A stretch of 64,000 bases of DNA. Origin: Octopus sinensis. Lineage: Eukaryota. The notes beneath the pieces are model-generated. The model did not search any database, was not told where the DNA came from, and saw only the letters and a program-made list of their open reading frames with translations. The stretch is from assembly GCF_006345805.1 (NCBI RefSeq), contig NC_043000.1:107694001-107758000 (forward strand), in the 5' to 3' direction. The translations under genes were made by a program, and so were the position numbers. Each line of letters begins with the position of its first letter. The stretch's first letter is position 1. Shown in pieces: positions 1-11,804 of this stretch.

Positions 1-165
1 ATTCTTTGACTTGATATTATTCCATAGACATTCTTATAAAACGAATACAGTGAAACAATCACGTAAGAATAGTCAATTGTTTGTAGATCCATGCGCCAGT
101 GGATGCTGATGTACAAAAGATTATCAGAGATCAAATGTCCTTTGTGAAATATAAGTAGGGAACAC

Positions 166-598
166 GCAGGCGTGTGTGTGTGTTAGGAAGCTTGCTTTCC
201 TTTCACATGATTCCGTGAACAGCCCAACTGCGTGACACCTTGGGCAAGTGTCTTCTACTATAATATCGGGCCAACCAAAGCCTCGTAAATGGATTTGGTA
301 GACGGACAGTGAAAGTGTATATATCAATATATGTACATATACACACACACATATATATATATTTATGTGTGTGTGTGTGCGTATGTATGTATATATCTGT
401 GTGTGTCTTTGTGTCTCTGTTTATCACCCCATCACCGCTTGACAACCAGTGTTGGTGTGTTTATGCCCCCGAAATATAGCGGTTCAGAAATAGAGCCGAT
501 AGAATAAGTCCGGCGGTCGATTTGTTCGACTTAAACACTTCAAGGTGGTGCTCCAGCATGGCCTCACTCATATGGCTGAAACAAGTCAAAAAATAAAA
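166..598 (+). mobile_element. tRNA-derived SINE, family A (internal TA/TG microsatellite)
   Basis: Head GCAGGCGTG..GAAGCTTGCTT..CCTTGGGCAAGTGTCTTCTACTATA, internal (TA)(TG) tract and tail GGTGCTCCAGCATGGCC..GCTGAAACAAG; the same layout recurs more than 10 times in the window. Confidence 0.9.
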
Positions 599-846
599 TT
601 AAAGACTATACATACACATACATGCTGAAATATATGTTGGTGAAAATGTGTACAACTTGGTATCAGTGTACACCACGTTTTCCTACGAAAATAAATGTTT
701 CCTCATGCTTAACGCTCTGATTTCTATATTCACTTCATCTTTGTTCTTTTACATATAAAAAGAACACACACACACACACATGCAGACAAACATACTCACA
801 CACACATACAAACATACACACATACCAACATGTTTATAAATATATT

Positions 847-1231
847 CTTTTCTTCTCTAGGTACAAGGCACAAAATTTTGGGGGAAGGGGAAATTCGATT
901 AGATCAACCCCAATACGCAACTGGTGCTTACTTTATCGACCCCGAAAGGATGAAATGTAAAGAATTTGAACTCAGAACGTAAAGACAGACGAAATACCTA
1001 TTTCTTTACTGCCCACAAAGGGCTAAACATAGAGGGGACAAACAAGGACAGAGAAAGGGATTAAGTCGATTACATCGACCCCAGTGCGTAACTGGTACTT
1101 CATTTATCGACCCCGGAAGGATGAAAGGCAAAGTCGACCTCGGCGGAATTTGAGCTCACAACGTAACGGCAAACGAAATACTGCTAAACATTTCGCCCGG
1201 CGTGCTAACGTTTCTGCCAGTTCGCCGCCTT
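847..1231 (-). mobile_element. SINE family C, dimeric (head + alpha body + beta body)
   Basis: Reverse complement of AAGGCGGCGAACTGGCAGAAACGTTAGC head and CCTTTCATCCTTCCGGGGTCGATAAA body; flanked by TGTTTATAAATATATT (831) and TGCTTATAAATATAT (1232). Confidence 0.9.
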
Positions 1232-1246
1232 TGCTTATAAATATAT

Positions 1247-1478
1247 ATTTCTTTACTACCCGCAACGGGCTAAACATAGAGGGGACAAACAAGGACAGAC
1301 AAACGGATTAAGTCGATTACATCGACCCCAGTGCGTAACTGGTACCTAATTTATCGACCCCGACAGGATGAAAGGCAAAGTCGACCACGGCGGAATTTGA
1401 ACTCAGAACACAAAGACAGATGAAATACCGCTAGGTATTTCACCCGGCTTGCTAACGTTTCTGCCAGTTCGCCGCCTT
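1247..1478 (-). mobile_element. SINE family C, monomeric
   Basis: Head plus one alpha body; flanked by target copies at 1232 and 1479. Confidence 0.9.
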
Positions 1479-1746
1479 TGTTTATAAGTATATTGTCTAA
1501 TTGGTTTTCTCGGATAGGTCATTGATGTAAACACTTCTGATGACGACCAAGAATCTAATAAAGTTTGTCAACATTTTTTCGATATATGCAACACTAGCTT
1601 GATTTGCCCAGTGGCATGTCTACTATGTAACTTGCACGCACCCCCACGCGCACCCCCACACATGTTCATAAGTATATGTCTATATATATGTGTGTGTGTG
1701 TGTGTATGTGTGTGTGTGTGTGTGTGTGGTGTGTGTGTGTGTGTGT

Positions 1747-1965
1747 GGAGGTGCAATGGCCCAGTGGTTAGGGTAGTGGACTCGCGGTCGGAGGATCGCG
1801 GATTCGATTCCCAGACCTGGTGTTGTGCGTGTTTATTGAGCGAAAACACCTAAAAGCTCCACGAGCCTCCAGCAGGGGACGGTGGCGATCCCGTTGTACT
1901 CTTTCTCTCACTCGGGAAACCGGGCCCATGAGCCTAGGTAGGCTTGAAATGGGCGAAAGAAGAAT
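1747..1965 (+). mobile_element. tRNA-derived SINE, family D
   Basis: A-box TGGCCCAGTGG and B-box GATTCGATTCC, followed by a non-tRNA body; second copy at 52907-53166. Confidence 0.85.
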
Positions 1966-1998
1966 ATATATATATATATGAATATATATGCGCCGTAA

Positions 1999-2153
1999 AG
2001 AGCTTCCTTCAGTTTCTACCTACCAAATCCACTCACAAAACTTTGTTTGGCCCGAGGCTGTAGTAGAAGACACCAGGCCAAGGTGCCACGTAGTGGGACT
2101 CAAACCCGGAATCATATGGCTGGGAAGCAAGCTTCTTACCACACAACCGCGCC
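1999..2153 (-). mobile_element. SINE family A, 5' half
   Basis: Reverse complement of the family A head. Confidence 0.85.
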
Positions 2154-2343
2154 TAGCTGTAATAATGAAATCAAACCAAATAGTAAGATCTTGAAATTTA
2201 ATACGCGTTTCAGTTTTGCGTAATATATAATACGGAAGACATACAATGAAAGCATTGCGGATACTCTGACAACTTGCAGTAGTTCGTTACATCTGACTTG
2301 AGTCGAAAATGCTGGTAGTGTGCACCGCTTCTTTGTATAACAC

Positions 2344-2755
2344 AGGCGTGGCTGTGCGGTAAGAAGCTTGCTTCCCAACTACATAGTTCCAGGTTCATTC
2401 CCACTGCGTGGCACCTTGGGCAAGTGTCTTCTACAATAACTTCGACCCGAAGAAAACCTCGGAAGACGAATACTGAAAGAAGCCTGTCATATAAATGTGT
2501 GTGTGCATTCGTGTGTGTGTCTGTGTATGTGTATTCGTGTGTTTTTGATGTCTGTGTTTGTGCCCCACCCCCCCACCATTACTTGACAATCGATGTTGGT
2601 GTGTTTGCGTCCAAGCGGTTCGCAAAGAGATCGAAAGAATAATTACTAGGCTTACAAACAATAAATTCTGGGATGCGATTTGCTCGACTGAAACCACTTA
2701 AGGGGGCTCCAGCAAGACCGCAGTCAAATGACTGAAACAAGTAAAAGAATAAAAC
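2344..2755 (+). mobile_element. SINE family A, full length
   Basis: CAGGCGTGGCTGTGCGGTAAGAAGCTTGCTTCCC head through GCAGTCAAATGACTGAAACAAGTAAAAGA tail. Confidence 0.9.
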
Positions 2756-3012
2756 ACACACACACACACACACACATACATATTTCGTTTTTATATCTGG
2801 TTTGCAAGAATCTTTATGCGACTTCCTCTGTTGAAACAAACTTTTCTTTGTTTAGGAAGAGTCATACTGCCCGAATATCAAACACACTCACCGGTTCAAT
2901 TTCCATTCATTTATTATCTCCTTCGTTTCCTTGTCTTCCCAAAATTTCCTGGATTTCGCAACCTTGTCATCGCTTGACAAGCATGCTTCTTACCACACAG
3001 CTACGCTTGCGC

Positions 3013-3570
<558 letters not shown>

Positions 3571-3580
<10 letters not shown>

Positions 3581-3850
3581 AATAAATTAGAGATAAAACC
3601 ACTATTAGGCAAATCAAACAATGAAAAACATAAGACAATACATTAAATTAATTTAAGTTATATTATTTTAAATATATATCAAAAGTATTAAAAGTTTAAT
3701 AAAAGATAAATTTATCTTTTTTTAAACTTTTAATACTTTTGATATATATTTAAAATAATATAAATTAAATTAATTTAATGTATTGGCTTATGTTTTTCAT
3801 TGTTTGATTTGCCTAATAGTGGTTTTATCTCTAATTTATTATAATATAAT
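3571..3850. repeat. Near-perfect zero-spacer palindrome (~280 bp)
   Basis: 3581-3600 AATAAATTAGAGATAAAACC is the reverse complement of 3821-3840; centre AAAAGATAAA|TTTATCTTTT at 3710/3711. Confidence 0.95.
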
Positions 3851-3945
3851 ATAATATAATATAACTATACTATAAAATTGGATTTCATCCTAAATCTGAT
3901 TTTTCCCTGTAAGTTTGGATTTATTCCCCAATATTTTATTATTAA

Positions 3946-3987
<42 letters not shown>

Positions 3988-4064
3988 TTGAGTTGTGGGG
4001 TATCGCACGAGTGGGATTATATAAGAAAAAAGGTTTGAAAATGCAATTTAAACGATGTTTATTT

Positions 4065-4105
4065 ACTTAACCGGTTTCACTCTTTGGTAAAAGATTGTCA
4101 AAAGT
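4065..4105 (-). ncRNA. Hammerhead-like motif, U3-A8 core variant
   Basis: ACTT-TTGACAA-TCTTT(TACC)AAAGA-GT-GAAA-CCGG-T-T-AAGT; palindromic stem III ACCGGT; 2 extra nt before GAAA. Confidence 0.55.
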
Positions 4106-4687
4106 TACATTTAAGGAAACATTGAATAATATGGGTTCAAAAAAGTTTTTACATAATTGTCACATTGAATATTATGCATTCAAAAAAGTTTTTACATAAT
4201 TGTCACATTGGATATTATGAATTCAAAAATGTTTTTTTATACATAATTGTCACATTACATGTATAAATATAGTGTTGTGTAACAGAGAAGTTCAATAGTG
4301 TGATGAGAATATTTGGGAAAATTTGGCAGAAAAGGATAAAACAAATATATTATTGGGAATTGGTTGCGTTAATTATTGGTTGTCGCAAATTGTCACATTA
4401 CATGTATATATATTCAATCTTTGGTATATATATACAGCCTTTTGATAGCAAAAATTAAAATGGATTTTTTATACATCTCAGAATATTTTAAGTACAAGGC
4501 GAGAATATGTTTTTACTGACCTGTCGGTATTAGCAGAAAGGCTGAACTGAGTGAACAGAGGAAGTAGCCAATGTGGTGTATACTTCCCCTTTATGCATGA
4601 ATGATTTTGGGGTTATCAGGAGGTTAGTATGCGGGTGTGAATAGATGTGTCCGTGCCCGCTGGTCAGATAGCGTCTGTTTGTCACAC

Positions 4688-4718
<31 letters not shown>

Positions 4719-4897
4719 ACAACACACACACCACACACCATAGTAACAAACACACACCACATACAAACAACACACACACACACAGAACACACACACCCAC
4801 ACACAACGCACCCACATATATCACATATACACAGCACACACAATATAATATGTATCTATATATAACATACACAGATATATAACACACATACACACAC

Positions 4898-4930
<33 letters not shown>

Positions 4931-5643
4931 CACACGCACACATACATACATAATATAAATATCACACAAATACACCTAGCAAATATATATATATATATTA
5001 TAAATATATATATTATATATATATATATTATTATATATATATATATATATATAAATCCTTCTTCTTCCCTCTCCCTTCCCCTCTTTCTCTTTAGCCTCAG
5101 ATACAAACGCGCACACACGCACACATACACATACACACATGTTCTCTCTCTCACTTCGGGGGAGTATACACCATATTGGCTACTTCCTCTGTTCTCTCAG
5201 TTCAGCCTTTCTGCTAATACCGACAGTCAGTAAAAACATATTCTCGCCTTGTACTACTTAAAATATTCTGAGATGTATAAAAAATCCATTTTAATTTTTG
5301 CTGTCAAAAGGCTGTATATATATACCAAAGATTGTATATATATACATGTAATGTGACAATTTGCGACAACCAATAATTAACGCAACCAATTCCCAATAAA
5401 TATTTGTTTTATCCTTTTCTGCCAAATTTTCCCAAATATTCTCATCACACTATTGAACTTCTCTGTTACCAAACACTATATTTATACATGTAATGTGACA
5501 ATTATGTATAAAAAAACATTTTTGAATTCATAATATCCAATGTGACAATTATGTAAAAACTTTTTTGAATGCATAATATTCAATGTGACAATTATGTAAA
5601 AAACTTTTTTTGAACCATATTATTCAATGTTTCCTTAAATGTA

Positions 5644-5684
5644 ACTTTTGACAATCTTTTACCAAAGGGTGAAACCGGTTAAGT
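5644..5684 (+). ncRNA. Hammerhead-like motif, U3-A8 core variant (mirror copy)
   Basis: ACTT-TTGACAA-TCTTTTACCAAAGGGT-GAAA-CCGG-T-T-AAGT. Confidence 0.55.
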
Positions 5685-5721
5685 AAAAACATCGTTTAAT
5701 TGCATTTCAAAAACCTTTTTT

Positions 5722-5763
<42 letters not shown>

Positions 5764-5834
5764 ATAATTATATTATATATATTATATATACTATATATAT
5801 ATACTTTATTTTAAGCAGCAGAAAATCACAAAAT

Positions 5835-5870
5835 CTGTTACTCTGAGTTTCTCGTTCGTTCATCAGACAG
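5835..5870 (-). ncRNA. Minimal type-I hammerhead motif
   Basis: CTGT-CTGATGA-ACGAACGA-GAAA-CTCAGAG-T-A-ACAG; stem I CTGT/ACAG, GUA cleavage triplet, stem II eroded. Confidence 0.65.
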
Positions 5871-5892
5871 TTTTGCTAGATTCTAGCAAAAA

Positions 5893-5930
5893 CTGTCTGA
5901 TGAACGGCAACCGAGAACTCAGTAGTAAGA
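5893..5930 (+). ncRNA. Degenerate hammerhead motif (mirror of 5835-5870)
   Basis: CTGT-CTGATGA-ACGGCAACCGA-GAAC-TCAGTAG-TA; GAAA reduced to GAA; part of palindrome 5810-5952 centred on 5881. Confidence 0.5.
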
Positions 5931-6143
5931 TTTGAATTTTTCTTGCTTTAAAGCATCTTACTTCTACCACTGGTATTTGAGTAACTCTTTTTTACCTTCT
6001 TTCACATTTATGTGATTACTCTGGTCTATATATGATATATATATATATTAGAAGGAATGAAGTAATCAGAAGATCGGATGGTTTATATTTAAAGATATTT
6101 ATTTATATATTACATTTTTTACATATATATCATATCATTTAGA

Positions 6144-6184
6144 TCATTAGCGCTTTCTCCCATTCTAGTGGGGTTTTCAAATCA
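6144..6184 (-). ncRNA. Degenerate hammerhead-like motif
   Basis: TGAT-TTGAAAA-CCCCA(CTAGAA)TGGGA-GAAA-GCGC-T-A; palindromic AGCGCT stem III, U3/A8 core, weak stem I. Confidence 0.35.
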
Positions 6185-6378
6185 AAATAATTCCTTTGTG
6201 GGGAAATGTAATCATTTTATAGAGTTTCGTATTGGTGAGGAGGAACAAGACAGCACAAGAGGGTGAAGTGGATGAGGAGGAAGTGAGAGAGAGAACATGT
6301 GTGTATGTGTATGTGTGTGTGTGTGCGCGTTTGTATCTGAGGCTAAAGAGAAAGAGGGGAAGGGAGAGGGAAGAGAAG

Positions 6379-6440
<62 letters not shown>

Positions 6441-6506
6441 AAGAAAGACGAAGACGGGTGTGTAATCAACAAACATGTATTAGTTTAGCGCTCAGGAAAT
6501 GAGAAA

Positions 6507-6545
6507 GTTTTTTACGTTCCTAGCCTACGCTCTTCGACAGAAAAG
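6507..6545 (-). ncRNA. Mutated hammerhead-like motif (same family as 7405)
   Basis: TTTT-CTGTCGA-A-GAGC(GTAG)GCTA-GGAA-CG-T-A-AAAA. Confidence 0.4.
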
Positions 6546-6596
6546 AACAGAGAAATAAACAGGGAAAGAAAATAATAAAAGTTTTAGTGGCTAGCG

Positions 6597-6663
<67 letters not shown>

Positions 6664-6672
<9 letters not shown>

Positions 6673-6886
6673 ATTCTTTTACTTGTTGGAGTCATTTGAT
6701 TTCGCCCATTTTAGAGCACCGTCTAAAGGGTTTTCTATTCGAAGAAATCGACCCCAGAGCTTATTCTTCGTAAGCCTAGTACTTATTCTATCTCACACCT
6801 CTAGGTTACGGTGTCATAAACAAACGAACATCGGTTGTCAAATGATGGTGGGGAATAAATACAGGCACAAAGGCTCAGGCACATAA

Positions 6887-6932
<46 letters not shown>

Positions 6933-7090
6933 CACGGGCGTCTTTCAGTTTCCGTCTACCAAATACACACACAATGCTTTGGTCGGTCCGAGGCTATAAT
7001 AGAAAGCACCTGCCCAAGGTGCTATGCAGTGTGACCGAACTGGGAAACCTGCGTTTGGGAACAAGCTTCTTATCACACAGTCACGCCTGC
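6664..7090 (-). mobile_element. SINE family A
   Basis: Reverse-complement head, (CA)n tract and tail. Confidence 0.85.
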
Positions 7091-7404
7091 GGCTATATAT
7101 CTATGTATATATATATATATATCTCAACACACCACCCACACATCCATCCCCATATCTCCACACCCACACATACATACACACGTCCAGACCACCAGCCCTC
7201 TTTCACACGCACATACATACTCTCTTATACACACACGCACCTTCGTTTTGGAAGTCACTTGACCCTGTTATCTTCCCTACTATCCCTCTAGCGTCTAACG
7301 TCTGACCTCTGACCTCTGCCTGAAGTCAGAACGCCATGATAGACCGTTAGCTCCTACACGCATTTTTTCTCTCCTTTTTTATCTCCTTGTTTCTTTTCTG
7401 TGCA

Positions 7405-7442
7405 TCTTTCTGTCGAAGAGCGTAGGCTCGAAACGTAAAAGA
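7405..7442 (+). ncRNA. Minimal type-I hammerhead-like motif, A6U core variant
   Basis: TCTTT-CTGTCGA-A-GAGC(GTAG)GCTC-GAAA-CG-T-A-AAAGA; 5-bp stem I, 4-bp stem II, ACGT palindromic stem III. Confidence 0.65.
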
Positions 7443-7561
7443 CTTGTTCTATTTCTATTCCTGAGCGTCATACAAATACATTTGTTTGTTTGTACTCCAC
7501 CTGCCTTCGTCTTTTATTTATTTTCGTAAACCTTCCCGTTATATATATATATATGGGGAGG

Positions 7562-7868
7562 AGACCCCCTTCGGTCATGATTGACCATGGGATTGCACGT
7601 AGAAAGTTACCCTCCCAGGCACAAGTCAGGGCATGATTGTTTGTGGAAGGCTAGCAGTCACCCATGAATACCATCCTCCCCTCTCCACGCCACTGATGTT
7701 ATCCAAGGGAAAGGCAAAGGCATATACAGCACCTCATTTCTACAACTAAGTTAATGTGAAATAAAGTGTCTTGCTCAAGAACACAACGCGCAGCCCGGTC
7801 CGGGAATCGAACTCACAACCTCACGATCGCAAGCTCTACGCTCTAACCACTAAGCCATGCGCCTTCAC
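7562..7868 (-). mobile_element. tRNA-derived SINE, family B
   Basis: Reverse complement of GAAGGCGCATGGCTTAGTGG..GTTCGATTCCCGG head and CATGACCGAAGGGGGTCT tail; matches 41374-41712. Confidence 0.9.
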
Positions 7869-9325
7869 ACACACACACACACACATATTTCTGATAATTT
7901 CATAAAATTACTGTTAATATATTTGCTTAATCACCTCTTTCATCATCGTCATTTTCGTATAAATCATATTTGCAATTTTCTTTTAATATTTTATTATATC
8001 AAATGACATGAAAGTTGATTTTTCTTTCAACGAAATTGTTATCAAGATAATTTGAAATCTGCATACACAATTTGTATTAGATTTAAATTATTTTACAGCG
8101 AGTTGTTAAATCAATTGAACTTAAAAGACGTGAGGAGAAACTATATAAATATGAAGCAGGTACTGATGTACGCAAAGCATTCTAAACGAATTAGAATTTG
8201 TGTCTTGGTTGGATAAGGGGAATTTAAACCTTATATATATTGTTAGCGGCTCTCAAAATGTAGGCGTGATACCTTCTAGGAAGCAATTAATAAATTAAAA
8301 GACAGCTAACTTTCAGACAGCTGAATTTAAAGACTACTCAGTGTATACATTCTGGTATATAGAAATTTTGATAGCGACATTTTGGAGAAAGAATATTTCA
8401 ACTTTGTAGCAATCGTCAACGGCTCTCAAAATATAGGGAAGATAATTTCTAGGAAGCAGTCATTAAATTAACAGAAAATTGAATTTTCAAGCTCGAAAGC
8501 CACACTGTGTAAAGGTGGTTTATATAACAACATTTTCTATTTATGCAATGAATTTCATCGAGTGATTTCCAACAACGAATTAAGAATTAAGTGGTAGATG
8601 TATTAGAATTTGGGAAGACAGTCAAGCCAAGAACATTTTTGTTAAGTCACCGAAGCTCCCCAGAAGCGAAACGTATACCACATTTCCTCGGACATATATT
8701 AGATATTAAATATTGTTATCATGAAAGTCAAGATCAAAGTCGCGAACTAGCTGGTAGAATCGTTAGCACGCCGGAAAATTACTTATCAACATTTCTTCCG
8801 GCTCTTTACATTCTGAATTAAAATGCCACAGAGGTCGACTTTGCTTTTTATCCCTTTCGATATCGACAAAGTAAGTTTCTGTTGAGCAGTATACTCAATT
8901 TAATCATCTACTTCTCTCTACCAAAATTTCAGATATTGTGCCTATAGGGGAAAGGATTATCAAGCTCAAAATCAGCCATATTTATATTTTAAGTATTTTC
9001 GTTACTCGATGCACCCTTTCCTCTTTTTAAAAGTGTTAGGGTGTGCGGATTGACAAAATCGTTAGTCTTTCTCATAATCCCTATGTGCTTCTGTGTTCAA
9101 ATCCTGCCAAGTTTAATTTCATTTCACCAGCCGCCAATGTCGATGATAAAAGCATAGGAAGATAGCCCACCAGATGTTCCATTTTTTGCTAAGAGTTTCA
9201 ACACCAAACGCTCGGTGTGTGTCAGTCTAAACAATGACGGTAACTAAAACAAAAAATTAGAAAAAGCGATGACATTAGCTTTATGAAGACGCTCTTAGCA
9301 CCTGCCTGGCTTCAGTTGAGCTGCA

Positions 9326-9376
9326 CCAATCGTCACGTCAAATAGAGGTCATTTTTCTATTGCAGCCTGTATAAAA
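9326..9376 (+). promoter_or_regulatory. Possible Pol II core promoter arrangement
   Basis: CCAAT 9326, TCACGTCA (CRE-like) 9333, AGGTCA 9346, TATAAAA 9370; spacing is canonical but no downstream gene is identified. Confidence 0.2.
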
Positions 9377-10029
9377 TGCTAGACAAGTGCTGAAGTCTAT
9401 GGTATAGCTTACTCCTTCTCTTAAAATTGCTGAACTGGCACTTAAATTTGAAACTGTTGATGTCAGTTGATCGACAACATAATATCACCGTCATTGGCGT
9501 CAGTTATCATATGGACCTATCCACACGTAGACAAAGTTGCGCATATATAAAATACATTTTGATTTTCTATAAAAGAACGCTATGTCCCGTATTCACCTGA
9601 CTAAAGTATCATGAATTACTCAGAAAATAAAACCTAGATATTAACGATAGCTTTTCACAGATAGTATTGATTTCGTTCTACGTTTATATCTATTGATAGG
9701 TTTAGGAGAATATTTCTATCGGTGCATATAACGTTATACGATATAAACAACAACGATTATAGTTGTTACACCTAAATGAAAATGAACGTGACATATTGGC
9801 CGTGTATATCACGTTGGAGTGAGTTCCTATGATACTGACTGCATCATGTGTATTTAATTTGCAAAAATTCAATACAAAATACTTCTTTTCGCCTTTTAAT
9901 AGGCTTCTTTATTTAGAATATCTGAATTTATACGTTGTGTGATAGTAGCTATAATTCTTATCGATCGTTTATTATCATTTTTCAGAACTGAGGTAGAAAT
10001 CCATAATATGAAAACTGAGTATATATAAT

Positions 10030-10228
10030 GAGGAGCTGGCAGAAACGTTAGCGCGCCGGGCATTCTGAGTTCAAATTCCGCCGAGGTAGATTTTGCCTTT
10101 CATCCTTTCGGGGTCGATTAAGTAAATACCAATTACGAACTGGGGTCGATATAATCGACTTAATCCGCTTGCCTGTCCTTGTTTGTCCTCTCTGTGTTTA
10201 GCCGCTTGTGGGCAATAAAGAAATAATA
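10030..10228 (+). mobile_element. SINE family C with internal deletion
   Basis: GAGCTGGCAGAAACGTTAGC head joined to alpha body. Confidence 0.85.
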
Positions 10229-10639
10229 TTATATTGAGAGCTGACAGAACCATGAGGGCATCGAAAGAGATGCATTGCTGTATTTGTTATGGTTCCTTAC
10301 GTTCTGGGTTCGAAACACGATGAGGTGAATTTTGCTTTTCACCAAATCGGGATCCATAAAGTAGTGTTCGCGTCAAGTACTGGTGTCAATGGTATACATA
10401 AACACTTTCCCTCCATATTGCTGGGTTATGTGTCAACATTTGAAACACATATGAAAGTTATAGAATCGTTAGAGATATTTTTCCGGTACTTAACATACTT
10501 ATTTCAGAGGGTAACTTTAAAATTTATCCTTTCGGGGTTGATAAAATAATATATTAGTTAAGCAGTGGACTCGCTATGATCGATAAAATCAATTAAACCC
10601 CATTCCTCAAAACTTAGACTTGCGCCAAAATTTGAAAAC

Positions 10640-10693
<54 letters not shown>

Positions 10694-10810
10694 GTTGTTG
10701 TTGTTGTTGTTGTTGTTATTGTTGTTATTACTGAGTGAGAGCAGTGCATGCAATCAAAGTGACACTGGGTACGTATATGCCCATCATGACTATCCGTCTG
10801 ATAACGGTTT
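10640..10810 (-). mobile_element. Probable LINE 3' end with (TAA)n/(CAA)n tail
   Basis: Short complex sequence abutting a long (ATT)n(GTT)n run, same architecture as the neighbouring LINE tails. Confidence 0.35.
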
Positions 10811-11039
10811 AAATTACTGTTATACCGTTCCTAGGCGTTAGAGCACAAATAATATATAATTTTTTTTAATGACACGTAATTATATTTTGAGACGAAACTC
10901 ACACATAGGATTAATTTTTTTTTTTTTTTTCGTATTTACATATATGTGAATATCATGCTTCCGTGTTGCAATAACGGAAATTAAAGGAAAATAAATAACA
11001 AAAACGGAAGTATAAATCCCTAAGCTCTGAATAATTATA

Positions 11040-11049
11040 ACGGAAATCC

Positions 11050-11096
<47 letters not shown>

Positions 11097-11712
11097 TATT
11101 ATTATTATTATTATTATTATCATTATTACTATTATCGTTGTTGTTGTTGTTGTTGTTGTTATTATCATTATTCAGTAGTCTTATTTTTATCACGTGCTTC
11201 CACCGCACTGCCGAGCGCAGCTCTGTTTGCCTTAGGTATGTGCTGCAGTTTGTTTTTAGTGCTGTTATTTTCACTGTTTCCAAAGTACTTTACGTAGGAT
11301 GTGTGCGGTGGATAGTAATGCTATTTTCCATTTGTTATATATATTTGTTAGCCCTGATGTTTTGGTTATGTATTTGTCTGAATGCTTTCTAATCATACCT
11401 AATGCACCTATTATTATTGGAACTGTTTCTGTTTTTAGGCTCCAAAATAGGGTTATCTCTATCTCCATATCTTTGTATTTTGAGAGTTTCTCCGTTTCCT
11501 TTAGAGATACATTGTCATCTGTTGGGATAGATACATTGAATAGATCACAGATTTTTCTTGGTCATATCTGATAACTATATCGGGTCTGTTAGTATTGATT
11601 TCACTACCTGTATGTATTGGCTTATCTCAGAGTATGGTTGCCTTGTCATTTTCTAATACTTTTTGTGGGGTGTGCCTATACCGTCTTCTTTCTGTTGTTA
11701 TTCCATAGTGTT
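11040..11712 (-). mobile_element. R4/Dong-type (restriction-like endonuclease) LINE, 3' fragment A
   Basis: ORF 11271-11468 EITLFWSLKTETVPIIIGALG..KIALLSTAHILRKVL is the RLE C-terminus; followed by a 3' UTR and (AAT/AAC)n tail. Confidence 0.85.
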
Positions 11713-11744
11713 GGCAATTATCATTATTATTATTATTATCATCA

Positions 11745-11804
<60 letters not shown>

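Larger units (their letters stand above)
4019..5727. mobile_element. Fold-back structure with ~570-bp inverted arms (4019-4590 / 5158-5727), probably Penelope-like pLTR derived
   Basis: Arms are reverse complements (e.g. CAGAGGAAGTAGCCAATGTGGTGTATAC vs GTATACACCATATTGGCTACTTCCTCTG); each carries ~41-bp internal subrepeats (ACATAATTGTCACATT..) and an HHR-like motif. Confidence 0.85.

Noticed and set aside
1537-1560. Isolated CTGATGA (also 49432, minus-strand 53594)
   Set aside because: No correctly placed stem II, GAAA and stem I complement
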